From NCBI RefSeq assembly GCF_004010195.1, contig NC_057719.1, forward strand, positions 67,211,065-67,275,064: DNA of 64,000 nt, given 5' to 3'. Shown in pieces: positions 25,935 through 38,850 of the stretch. Below the pieces are notes generated by a model. The model was not told where the DNA came from and ran no database searches. It was given only the letters and a program-made list of their open reading frames with translations. A program made the position numbers and the translations under genes. Each line of letters opens with the position of its first letter. The stretch's first letter is position 1. The stretch is from Chiloscyllium plagiosum. Its lineage: Eukaryota.

Positions 25935-26158
25935 TAAAATACTGTGAATGCTGAAAATTTGAAATAAAACAGGAAGTGCTGGAGAAACTGGAGAAACAGG
26001 AAGTGTTGGAGAAACTCAGCAGTTCTGGCAGCATCTTTGGAAAGAGAAACAGAATTAATGTTTCGAGTCTGATATGACTATTCTTCAAGACGAGTCATTG
26101 TGGACTTGCAATGGTAACTGTGCTTTGCTCTCTCAACAGATGCCTGCCTGATCTGAGA
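25935..26158. mobile_element. Palindromic PLE-terminus derivative
   Basis: gcagcatct...ttaatgtttcgagtctgatatgact / gagtcattgtggacttgcaatggtaact...cagatgc; homologous to the 24514 and 25232 termini. Confidence 0.65.
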
Positions 26159-27598
26159 TCTAAGTAATAAAATGACAACTATTTTCCTAATGCAGTTGCA
26201 AAAAAACTTGCATGTTGACTTCAGCATGTCTCACAACTTAATCCCTTTCTTCAGCTCTTCCTTTGTCACACACTGCTGTTCTTTGTATCTTTCTCAAGCA
26301 TTAAAATCAAAGCTACATTATGCAATTAAGTATTATTTTCCTTTTAGATTTACGCCAATTTAAACTTTTTTTTAAACTTGTCCATGGATAGCTTTGCCTC
26401 GTAGAGATGCAAATTGGTTCCGTAGCTCTTTAAATTATTTTGGTAACACTTCCTATTGTACATGTGTCATTTTACCCATTGACATATTTATTCAATTTAT
26501 TGTGAACAGTCTCTGTCTCATCCCAATGATGAGACATTTAGAATTCAATATCTGGAATTAATAGGTGGCATACAATGATTGCACCAAAAACCCCCCACCC
26601 CACCTTCAAGGGAAAGTTGGTCGTGATCCAACACAACAGAAATAAGCCAGCCTTGCAGCCATCACACACTGAAGGCAGACTAAATTGTCTGTGGGACTTA
26701 ATGGCTTCACTCTGATTGGCTAGCTGCTCTAGCAGTACTGGTACTGCCACAGGATCAGTAGTGGACACTACTGGTATTGTAGGCAGACCGAAGAAGAATC
26801 AAACATGGATCCTGAAGTGAGGTAACCAGAAGGAAATCCCAATAAAAATTGGGAATGACACTAACTCATCTGATATATTTCAAAATGGATCTCCAGTATG
26901 CATGTTATATTCATTTCCAAGTATGCTTGTTTCCTTTTACTGCTTATTCCCCCGAGAAGGCTGGATGTTAGGTTGACAGAAACATGGCTCAGGGATGGGC
27001 AGGACTGACAGCTTAATGTTCCAGGATACAAATGCTACAGGAAGGATAGAAAGGGAGGCAAGGGTGGGGGAAATTTTTGATAAGGGATAGCATTACAGCT
27101 GTGCTGAGAGAGGATATTCCCGGAAATACATCCAGGGAAGTTATTTGGGTCGAATTGAGAAATAAGAAAAGGATGATAACTTTATTTGGATTGTATTATA
27201 GACCCCCTAAAAGTCAGAGGGAAATTAAGAAACAAACTTGTAAGGACATCTCAGCTATCTGTAAGAAAAATAGCGTGGTTATGGTAGGGGATTTTAACTT
27301 TCCAAACATAGACTGGGACTGCCATAGTGTTAAGGGTTTAGAAGGAGATGAATTTGTTAAGTGTGTACAAGAAAAGTTTCTGATTCAGTATGTGGATGTA
27401 CTTACTAGAAAAGGTGCAAAACTTGACTTACTCTTGGGAAATAAGGCAGGGCAGGTGACTGAGGTGTCAGTGGGAGAGCACTTTGGGGCCAACAACCATA
27501 ATTCTATTAGATTTAAAATAATGATGGAAAAGGATAGACCAGATCTAAAAGGTGAAGTTCTAAATTGGAGAAAGGCCAATTTTGACGGTATTAGGCAA

Positions 27599-27623
27599 GG
27601 GGCGGCACGGTGGCACAGTGGTT
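27599..27623 (+). mobile_element. 5' end of HE1-type SINE running into assembly gap
   Basis: gggcggcacggtggcacagtggtt is identical to the start at 11281. Confidence 0.85.
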
Positions 27624-28051
27624 NNNNNNNNNNNNNNNNNNNNNNNNNNNNNNNNNNNNNNNNNNNNNNNNNNNNNNNNNNNNNNNNNNNNNNNNNNNNN
27701 NNNNNNNNNNNNNNNNNNNNNNNNNNNNNNNNNNNNNNNNNNNNNNNNNNNNNNNNNNNNNNNNNNNNNNNNNNNNNNNNNNNNNNNNNNNNNNNNNNNN
27801 NNNNNNNNNNNNNNNNNNNNNNNNNNNNNNNNNNNNNNNNNNNNNNNNNNNNNNNNNNNNNNNNNNNNNNNNNNNNNNNNNNNNNNNNNNNNNNNNNNNN
27901 NNNNNNNNNNNNNNNNNNNNNNNNNNNNNNNNNNNNNNNNNNNNNNNNNNNNNNNNNNNNNNNNNNNNNNNNNNNNNNNNNNNNNNNNNNNNNNNNNNNN
28001 NNNNNNNNNNNNNNNNNNNNNNNNNNNNNNNNNNNNNNNNNNNNNNNNNNN
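27624..28051. other. Assembly gap (428 N)
   Basis: Run of N. Confidence 1.
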
Positions 28052-31000
28052 TGTAGGGAAATAGATGGTGATACCTTGCAAAATGTCCCTATTACAGAGG
28101 AGGAAGTGCTGGATGTCTTGAAGCACGCAAAGGTGGATAAATCCCCAACGCCTGATCAGGTGTAGTGGGAAGCTAGAGAAGTGATTGCTGGGCCTCTTGC
28201 TGAGATATTTGTATCATAGATAGTCACAGGTGAGGTGCCGGAAGACTGGAGGTTGGCTAACGTGGTGCCACTGTTTAAGAAGGGTGGTAAGGACAAGCCA
28301 GGGAACTATAGACCAGTGAGCCTGACGTCGGTGGTGGGCAGATTGTTGGAGAGAATACTGAGGGACAGGATGTACATGTATTTAGAAAGGCAAGGACTGA
28401 TTAGGGATGGTCAGCATGCTTTTGTGCTTGGGAAATCATGTCTCACAAACTTGATTGAATTTTTTGAAGAAGTAACAAAGAGGATTGATGAGGGCAGAAT
28501 GGTCGATGTGATCTATATGGACTTCAGTAAGGTGTTCGACAAGGTTCCCATGGGAGACTGATTAGCAAGGTTAGATTTCACGGAATACAGGGAGGACGAG
28601 CCATTTGGCTCAAAGGTAGAAGACAGAGGGTGGTGGTGGAGTGCTGTTTTTCAGACTGGAGACCTGTGGGCAGTGGAGTGCCACAAGGATCGATGCTGGG
28701 TCCTCTACTTTTTGTCATTTACATAAATGATTTGGATACGAGCATAAGAGGTACAGTTAGTAAGTTTGCAGATGACACCAAAATTGGAGGTGTGGTGGAC
28801 AGTGAAGAGGGTTATCTCAGATTACAACAGGACCTGGACCAGATGGACCAATGGGCTGAGAAGTGGCAGATGGATTTTAATTTGGATAAATGCAACGTGC
28901 TGCATTTTGGGAAAGCAAATCTTAGCAGGACTTATACACTAAATGGTAAGGTCCTAGGGAGTGTTGCTGAACAAAGAGACCTTGGAAGGCAGTTTCATAG
29001 CTCCTTGAAAGTGGAGTGGCAGGTAGATAGGATAGTGAAGAAGGTGTGTGGTATGCTTTCCTTTATTGGTCAGAGTATTGAATACAGGAGTTAGGAGGTC
29101 ATGTTGCAGCTGTACAGGACATTGGTTAGGCCATTGGTTAGGTCTCCTTCCTATCAGAAAGATGTTGTGAAACTTGAAAGGGTTCAGAAAAGATTTACAA
29201 GGATGTTGCCAGGGTTGTTGCAACATTTAAAAGGCATCTGGATGGGTATATGAATAGGAAGGGTTTGGAAGGATATGGGCTGTGTGCTGGCAGGTGGGAC
29301 TAAATTGGGTTTGGATATCTGGTCGGCATGGATGGTTTGGACCAAAGGGTCTGTTTCCATGCTGTACATGTCTATGACTCTATGACTCTAAAAGGATTTG
29401 GAAAGTTTAGTGAGGATTGGTTTTTCAGAATATTAAGGGGGAATGAAGGGGTGGAGTATTACACTCAGAGGAGGTGCACTCAATGAGCAAACAATACCCC
29501 TGAAGATAGTGCTACCTTTTATTCCCACTGTTTGAGACAATTCTTAAAGTAAAAGAATCCCACTTGTCTGCTCAAACCAACTGTATTTTGGTACGGTCAG
29601 AGTATTAACAGAGCCAATTAAACTTTTAACAAACTCAATCAACCCTTAATTATTTAATTGTGTGGTGGATTGCTGATTTCAGGCTGTTCCCACTCTCTGT
29701 ATTTATTGCGTAGTTAGCCACCCAACCTTTATTATGTGCCCACCTGCTGAAAATACACCCATAGGGATATGCCTTTCATTATATTTCCCTCTTATCAACC
29801 TCAGTGACTAAAGCGCTTCATCCTTTTCCGCCCTTTTCTCTGTATTTCCTATGGACCTTGTAATCTGTTATAATTAGTTCTCATTCTTGACCACCTTGTA
29901 GCCGTTTTAATTATGGCTGAAAATACCGTAGATGAATTAACAATTCATTCAATTTATTCTTTATATTCTGTATCATGTCTCTGTAACTGCTCTATTCTCA
30001 TTAGGACTGTGGCCTCAATGCAGTTTTGATGGAATCTTTTCTGACAGTCCTTCCCTATCCCAATGGCACTAGATGGCATGAAATGAAATCTCTTTATCCC
30101 ATGCCTTTCTTTTCCACTTTGCGAACACTTCAGCATTGGCCTGGTATTAAACAGGTTACAATAGCTGGCTGCTCTGAAACACTTGCCTAGTGACATAGAC
30201 TTCAGGCTTGGACACTTCCCTCACTCACCAACTCACTCATGTTCCCACTTCAAAGACTAGATCAACATTGGAACCAGTCATAACTCCAAAGATTTCAAAC
30301 CTGACAGCTGTAATGGGAAAACACGTTGGCTCCCACAGCTTGCAGTGTTATATAGATGAAATCCATGTCTCAAAATGACTCCAATCTCTGCCATCCCAGA
30401 TTGAATGAACAGCTGGTGCTGACCAACAGTTGACTGTCCTAAAATTTAATCCAATGCATCAAGATCTTTGGTAAGTAATGGCCTAGTAAGCAAACTTGAA
30501 TCTTGCAGATTATCTTTGGAATGTCCTTCAGGTATTTTTGTTTGTTTGTTACTATGTTAGTCAAGACTCAGAGTTACATACAGATTAGGTTGTTGGTTTA
30601 TCATGATAAACTGGATCCTCTATAATGACAGTTTAAAGATAAGCTAGTATTAATATGGAACCTTGTTATGTGGTCAGGATCTTCTAAAGCAATTCACAAC
30701 AAATGAGTTTCCCCTGAAATGCAACCACATATGGATCAAAATATTTTCATTATTCACATATTTTGACATTTGGTTAAGCTAAAATCCAATAGTACTGACT
30801 ATAAGTAGTAGCTAATGACAGCTTTCCAAATATTACTGCAAAGCAGGGAGCACTGGTTGGTTATGTGTTTGATTGAGTAGACCTTGATTAAGAATGTTAC
30901 ACATGTAGTTTAGGTTGTCTTTAAAAGGTGCAGCATTAATATGTATTTGCAATATGTGTCTAATATCAATGTCAGCAGCATAGCACTATATCATGGTATG

Positions 31001-32455
31001 TGCTCCATTGCATTATATCTTCCATGGAGTTTTTGTAAGTTTTGCCAAAGAAATATGCAAGGCTGACACCTGCAAGAGTCAATTTTAGGAATGAAAAGTA
31101 ATTATAACAAGTGGTAAAGAAAAGCAGCTATTCAGGAAGACGAGGTAATGTATCATGTTAAAATGTTACCTCTACATTTTTAGAGTCTGATTTTCACTAG
31201 GGATCTATGCATACTAGGTTCAGTCTGAGTGACAACCTCCCATCTTGGCGTCTCATGAGGGTTGGAGTAATTTTAAGATCTCTTTCTATATAAGTAAAAG
31301 CACTTACTATTTGTTCACATGATTTTATATACATTATGTAATATACATGCGCATACAAAATCCATAACCCTGTTTTCCTAACAGGGAAGAAACATTCATT
31401 GACTCCTTGACCAGTATGGAAGTAATGAATTCAATCCACTATTTCCATTACTTTGTTGGCATGCATCACTCTTCAATGGAACTCAAAATAATTAGCAATG
31501 TAGTTTGGAAAAATTGCACCTACCTTTTGTACTCTAAAACACATGCAAAATTAACTTTCTGCCAATGAAGAGACACCAACAGAAAAATGGCAATGCACAT
31601 ACTGAGGAATGCTATGGCAGACATACAAAAAAGAAAAGGTAATTCAAGTGTCAATTTTGGGCTTCTGGTCCTGGTCAGAATGTTTACAATTTTGGGCAAG
31701 GTGCCCCAAAAACATATAGTTCTTTTATTGGCTTTTCTTCATCTGGTCTTTAGACCTTACAACAGATTAAAAAAACCTTGAAGTGTGTTAGAGAGGAGTT
31801 GTTTGTTTTAATGAGAGTCACAGATTATGAGGAGGAAGGTTCAATATTCAAAATCTTGTGTGTTCATTCTGGTGTTTTTCTGCTGTAGATGCAAGGTAGA
31901 GGTCACAATTTTACAGCAAATATTCCACCCACTCAGGCATTATGATCTGATGTTCTGAAATTGAAGCAGTTATATAATTAAGTGGGCCTTGAGCTGCTAT
32001 AAACCAATGAAATGAGTCTGAGGAATTTATAAAGTCATCAAAACTCTAAAACAGGAGGACGTGCTCCCAGAAAACTGTAGTGTTATATAAAACAGTGGCT
32101 ATCACATGCGCTTTATATTCATATTCTGCTATTATAGCTTTGTTGACTGTTATATGTGGTTCATGCCAACATTTTGTTGGATGTGTTTTTGCATTCTGCT
32201 GCTGCTGGTGAATTTTGTCATTTAGCTTTCCAGTCTGTTCTCAAACTATGGGCTGATAAATATACAGGTAAAGAAGGATGAGCTATGACTGCTGAACCCA
32301 CCAACATACTGCTTTATCCAATAAATTATAGAACCGCACACAGGTCCTCCCAGCACGAGTAAATGCTCTCTTTTGAAAAAGGTAGGTAGGAAAATCTCTT
32401 GAGTGGAACGTTCCCTACCCCTGAACGATATGGGAAATGGGAAAATGAAGTTGTT

Positions 32456-32706
32456 GGGGGGTGGTACAGTAGCTCTCTGATTAGCACTGCTGCCTCACAG
32501 CACCAGCGACCTGGGTTCAGTTCCTCTGGGTGCTCCAGTTTCCTTCCGTGGTCCAAAGATGTGCGGTTTTGGTGGATTGACCATGCTAAATTGCCCATAG
32601 TATCTAGGAATGCTTAGGTTGGCTTTGGTGGATGTGGGGATACTGGGGTGTGTCTGTGCAGACCCGGTGGGCCAAGTGGCCTGCTAATGCACTCTAGGGG
32701 TTCTAT
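32456..32706 (+). mobile_element. Degenerate HE1-type SINE
   Basis: ttagcactgctgcctcacagcacc...ccaaagatgtgcgg...ccatgctaaattgccc. Confidence 0.8.
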
Positions 32707-35700
32707 GTTGTCAATAAATAAAAGGCCAATTTTCCATCCAAGGTTTCAATGACTAGCTGAAAACCTTGCGAGTGAGTGGTAGGGGGCCTTTTTGCATGTG
32801 TTAAAATCACATTGTTACCTATACTTGCCTGCTTTATACGCAAGTTACTATTGTCCCAGGCAGTTGAGAGAAACCAGTTGACAACAGTTATTGACACAAA
32901 AGGCTAAGCAGGCACTTGGCAGCTGCAGCTTGTGGCATCTTCTCTGTGTTGTTACCTTAGCCAGCAGACTTCAATACCTCAGGACAAACTTCATGGCCAG
33001 TGACCACCTGCATAGTTCATACATGGAAGTCAGCATTGGACAAGTGCCAGCCTTACCACATCATTTTGACACAACTCAGGCTCATTTAATAATATGGTTC
33101 ACCACTTCAATACTGCACTTTGGAACATACCAATGCTGTATATAGCAATACTACTGCCAGGCCACTTAGCACACAAGGACAGATATGCATCCATGCCTCA
33201 GTACAAGGCTTTTAGTTTGTTCTTGTAGTGCTCACTCACTCTGCATCCACTTGGATGTTGACAGCATTCCTTCCTTACATTTTTATGCATTGCTGCTTCA
33301 TTCAGGGGCTCACAGTACTTTGTGCTTCATCTTTCTGCACAGACACAAAGTCAGGCAGCCTGTCATGTTTGCCAGTAATGAATAGTCAAGCGGTTGAATA
33401 TGTTTTTGCGTTGACGCTGCATCAATGTCATGCCTATGCCATGTGTCAGCATCTTATTTTAAAAGTAATAATGCTCTCTTCTGTCAGAAGCTTGTGCCTA
33501 CTTTTACAAGACAGCAGGAACCCCTTTCTAACCACAGCAGTAGTTTTAAGACCCAAGAAAGAGTGGGTTTGGATGTGATGGGAAGCAAAACATATAAACA
33601 CTCCAAACCAATCTGCCCAATTTCTGTTTTAATGGAAACGAGTCAGGATGTGGGCAACCTATCTTGTCTCAGGAAACAGTGATGTCATTGAAATCTTTTA
33701 AGGAGGCAGTGTACCCTCAATTAATGGGCTTTTAACCTTTGACTAGTGGTTGCCATTTTCCTGGTTCTCAGGAATCCCAGCAGTTAAACGGAAACTGAAA
33801 TGGTTGGATGTGTAATGTAAGTGTATTTATAGCACTGCTTGTAGGCTGGGAACAGCAACTGTGTTTCCGCCAGGTCCAATAAACATACCTCTGCTATCTT
33901 ACTGTGATCAACAACAATCTCCCACCCACTCAGATATTATGATCCGATGTTCTGAAATTATAAGGCATGGACACAGAACTCAGACTCACATGACTCCTCC
34001 CCCCCTCCACTTTTCTGGCATCCCATTAATTTTTTTGTGCCCAGCAATTGTCTAACCTGTCAATTGGGCTGCTGTCTGCCTGGAAACCGATGGAAAAGAT
34101 CTATAAGACATCCTGCAGTTAAATCCTTCACGACGTCCAGGAAGCCCTTACTTCCGGGTTTCCTGTCCGGAAATCCACTCGTTCACTGCTCTCTAAATGG
34201 CCCCAGGTACATCTCAGGGTCCAGATGTCTCAAGAATTCCTTCCAGAGACCAATAATACTTTGCAAGAAATAAAAAGATTTCCCGGCAACTAGGCTAACT
34301 CATTCAGTACAGATCTAATCTGCTTGACCTATACCTTCATTATTTCCAAATAATAAACTAACCTACCTAATTAGACTGAAGCTGAGCCCTTCATTAAAAT
34401 AAAAACTCAATCATATCCTATCTAAACTTGTGCTTTGCCAAGATAAATAATTTCTGTTGCTGCCAAGTTTTGCGTATAGGTTCCTATTTTCAGACGCTAT
34501 ACACACTGGTATTGTAAACAGGATGAGGATGAGACTGGGTTTGTGGTTTTTGGGAATAGGTTAAGGTACATTAGGGAGTTAGAGGTAATGTTTTGAAGTA
34601 TGTGACTCCGTTTTCAATCTGTTATATCTAGATCACTATACAGAAAGTATTTTATGGTTTCGTGCACAGTTCTTAAGTTATTTTTTTTTTCTGATTTTCT
34701 CCTTGTTCGGAATCTATTTCCTTGTTCATTTTGCTCCATGCATTACTGATGAAGAAAGCATAGGATGTAAATGTATTGTTGGATCTCTTTTCTATCAGAT
34801 ATTAATACATTGGAACCATTTGTCTTGATTTTGCCTCTGATCATCGTCTGTCACTTATCGATCTCACTAACACATGAAACTCACTCATGTGACATATATT
34901 ATAAGAAAGTGTGATGTGCTGTCAAACCCTTTTAACAGTGCAAATAAGTCCATTGCCGATTCATTTTATAGGCAAATGAATCAACATTTTGTTATCTTGG
35001 AATTATTTTGGACCCCAGAACAGTTTTGTATCTACAGATTTATCCACTGGCACAACTTTGATAGGCCTTACAGCTCCTAGCTTTCTGTGATGCATTAAGG
35101 ACTTTGTCATTTGAACAAACACCATAATGGGGACGCTAAAATATCTGTATTCAATCAGTTGATGAGAAGTTGTTTTTGCAACTTTAGCTTTCCAGTCACA
35201 GACCCTCTAGTGTGTTTTGGAGGAAGGCTAACTAATAAATGCTGATATCACATTATTAGAACTTGACAGGTAGATTGAACCAGCACTGCTTCATTTAGTA
35301 TTTTATAAGCTTGTTGTATATTGTAAATGCAAATCCAGAACATTTCAAGTCCTAATGCTTTCTTAATAAGAAATAATTTACAAATATGGTTTTGATGTGT
35401 ACAAATTTCAATAGTTTACAAACCATACCCTAGTTCCTCTAACTTTTTTTAATAAAGCTTTTGAGTAAAGTAATCTCAAAAATGAAAAGGAACTAAAGAG
35501 TTTCATGGCTGGATACAAGGTTCATTCTTAAAAACAAGTCATTAGATCTTAATGTCATTTTATTTTCCTTCATTAAATCTTCTGAACATTTTATAAATGT
35601 TTGGACATATTTAGCTCTACCTTATTTCACTTCCCTTTCTCAGTGTTCATGTTTCATTCACATTAATTCTACCTCTTTTTAACTTGACTGACTGTTAAAC

Positions 35701-36504
35701 AATGAAGTATTTTCCAGAATTTTTTTTATTGTGTTTTCTGACCCACTATGTTTTCTTATGTCTGATTGTCCTAGATCTTCCTGTTCATGGTTCAATGTCA
35801 CACATCACTAAAATAAAAATGGCAATTCTGTTTCGCCATGCTCCAAACTTTCATATATATTGAGAAGCATTGGATTAGTACTGATATAATTTTGATATTT
35901 TTCACCACCGCTTTAATCCTTCACTTATCTCTCTGCTGATTTGAAAATCCACCAGCTGCTGAAAATCTGCTTGTTTCTGTATCCTATCATCAGGGCTCAC
36001 TAAATATAACAAGTATTTCCTTTAACAAATGAAGTACTCAGGTTAACTTTTTGAGATGCAACGGGTTCTCATTTATGGTACATTACGATACTGTTAGAAC
36101 AGGCTCGGCCATATTAATATGTTCAACTCTGCTGTTCATGGAAATCGTGAAGGAATTCATGGAAAAATGTTAATGGATTAAGCTTACTCTGAAGTAAGCT
36201 TTCTGTGATTTGCTTTGAAGTTCAGTAACCTCAGATAAGTCAAGAAGATAAAATACTCTATTGATGCATATTTTTGACTGCAGCATTAAAGATAATATTA
36301 TTTCCACTACACAGATGCCAAAGTGATTTTTATTTTTAAGAGGTGAAAGCATATTATATCTAAAGCCTAAGGGGTTGTATAGAATGCCTAATTCCATAAC
36401 CTGGCTGTAATAATTCAATCCACAATCTCAAATATATGGTAGTATTTGTTTATTAAGTATGCCATACTGCCACTCTGGTAGAAAGCTTTGGAAAAAGGGT
36501 GAAA

Positions 36505-36812
36505 AAGTGGTTCAGTGGTTAGCACTGCTGCCTCACAGAGCCAGTGATCTGGGTTTGATTCCACTCTTGGGCAACTGTCTGTGTGGATATTCTCCCCATG
36601 TCTGTGTGGGTTTCCACTGGGTATTTCAGTTTCCTCCCACATCCCAAAGATGTGCAGGTTGGGTGGATTGGCCATGGTGCATTGCCCATAGTGTCCAGGG
36701 ATGTGCTTGGTGGATTAGCCATGGGAAATAGAGGGTAGGAGGGGGGTGCTTTTCAGAGTGTCAGTATGGACTCAGTGGGCTGATTGGCCTGTTTCCACAC
36801 TCTACGGATTCA
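36505..36812 (+). mobile_element. HE1-type SINE (diverged)
   Basis: gtggttcagtggttagcactgctgcctcacag...ggcctgtttccacactct. Confidence 0.88.
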
Positions 36813-37894
36813 ATAAGGAGACATCTGGAAATGCAGGTCTAGACCTGAGGTGATATTTCCCTTTTTTGCTTTACAGGGAAGATTGTGGTATCTCCTGCAA
36901 AGTGCCTACTAACAAATCAAACCATTTAAGGGCTTATTAAAAGCCTGACTTGCAGAAAATATTTTGACATTTTGATGTAGGCTTTTAGGAGCCCTGTCTT
37001 CAGTCACAATGAGGGCAGGTGTATCCGGTGGGGGAGTTACTGACATTATTTAGAGCAGTTAACAGGATTGAAAAATTATTGAAGATGACAGAAAGGGATA
37101 TTCTCATGATACACTGTGTGGAGGGGGTGAAGAGATAACACCGATGTCGTACATGTGAGATTGCCTCAAACCTCTAACATAGAGATGGACAGTGATATTC
37201 TCTGGGATTGGAATACTAGGTTTTGGAAAGACAGTGATGAGTTTACCATTGTCTGATTGGCCAACAATATAGCTTGCAAGTGGCAACACTTCTCATATAA
37301 ACATATGACTGAGGAGCAGGAATAGGCCATTCAGATTCAGGAACCTGCCATTGAATAAGTTGATGGTTGAAAATATTGCTACTACAAATCTATATTTTCA
37401 TCTAGCAAAAAAAACCAAAGGACTGCTGAAGAGAAAAACCAGAGTTATTGCCATGTTGCCTTTCTTCACTTCTAACCTTAACCCAAGAAGGCCCAGGGGA
37501 AGATCAGCCCTGCTCTGTGAGACCCAATTTTGTGGAAGCGTGCCAGCTCTACATCAGAGAGGAAGATTGCAAAGGCCCAGGTCAAACCTGTGGATTGTTG
37601 TGGGTAATTTCCTTTCTCAGCCAGATAAAGCTAGCTAGATAGTAAATATTATGGAAATTTGTGAGCTGATCACATGTTACTTTTAATAAGGAATATTTTG
37701 TTACTAAAATCAAGTAGAACTGCAAACCAAATTCTGTGTCCTTTTGTCCACATCACCGACAAGAGTGCTTGGGTTAAGTGTTTTTAGTACACGAACTGGT
37801 CAAAGTGTCCAGAGCACGAACAACATCAGTCAATGCCCAGTCCTTCTCAACTTAACTTGCTCTGCTGGACAGACACCCACATCTACCTTACCTA

Positions 37895-38140
37895 AATAGA
37901 CAGGCAAGAGGCTGGAAGAACACAGCAAGCCAAGAGGTGGAGAAGTCAACATTCGGGTATAACCCTTCTTTAGGACTGAGGGTGGGTGTAGGGGGAACTG
38001 CAGCTAAAGGGGGTGGCAGGGGCAGGGTGGTGAAGTGGGGATAGATGAAGACAGATAGAGGATACGACCTGGTTGGTCAATGGGAGAATGAATCCATTTG
38101 GGGGCAGGGAGGAGTGAAAGGGAGGGGGAAGGAGGGAGAT
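37895..38140 (-). mobile_element. PLE 3' UTR/terminus fragment
   Basis: gctggaagaacacagcaagcc...caacattcgggtataacccttctttagg followed by a G-rich tract; reverse-homologous to 4920-5150. Confidence 0.65.
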
Positions 38141-38661
38141 TATGCAGATTAGTCTTTGCTGTAACGACCGTACTTCATTTTGATCGGGGCCTAAGTGAGG
38201 AGACCATTGTGAGTCTTTCACCAGGTAAACCAAAAGGAAAAAAGTTGCTTTTAAAACATTTGGAAAATCTTTCCTTGTGGGACATTGAGGAGCATTCCAT
38301 GGTGACAAGAGGACCAGGAATGCTTCATGGAACTTGTCTTAAATTGTTGCATTCCAGCAATACTCTCCCCCATGACAGGTCAGTAGCTTTCTATTCCCTG
38401 GTGCTGGCATCTGTCCTGCTGGTTTCAGGCTGGCAGCTGAGGGCATCCAGCTCAGCGTTGGCATTTAAAATCACCAGGTTCTTAAAACTTAACTATGATC
38501 TGACCTGGTCCTATCCACTCACCCAATTCCTGCTCTGAGTTAAGGCCTGGACTGCAGTATAGTATGTATTTATGTTTTCTGATTGGTACTGACAACACCT
38601 TATTCATTCATAATTTTAGAACAATTTGGTGGTTGCCATTTTAAATGATCTCTATGCAGTC

Positions 38662-38850
38662 TGAAGTAACTCCACAGAGGCCAGTACCCATCACCAATTC
38701 ACTATTTATTTACAGATGAGCGTCCTTGACACTGATCCAGTTCCCTCAGAGCCAGCTCTCAGAGTGAGCAGAATCTCTGACACTCCTGTTATTATCTGTC
38801 AGCCCTGAACTATGATGTCCACCTTGGTGGATCTCGTTACAATCACAACA
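38662..38850 (-). mobile_element. Probable solo LTR (189 bp)
   Basis: TG...CA termini; flanks cagtc (38657-38661) and cagta (38851-38855); AATAAA on minus strand at 38705-38710. Confidence 0.55.

Larger units (their letters stand above)
26958..29390 (+). mobile_element. CR1/HER1 LINE ORF2 (EN+RT) with internal HE1 start, gap and 3' deletion
   Basis: ORF 27077 (GLYYRPP, VGDFNFPNIDW), 28235-28561, 28630-29094 (GVPQGSMLGPLLF, FADDTK); tail (tgactcta)n. Confidence 0.93.

Noticed and set aside
27077..28165. Long ORFs of 148-362 aa
   Set aside because: Length is inflated by the N gap; the real part is CR1 endonuclease
23855..32267. Several tiny AG...GT exon-like stretches (near 23855-23880, 31384-31420, 32234-32267)
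   Set aside because: Such motifs arise by chance in AT-rich DNA; they do not join into a recognisable protein
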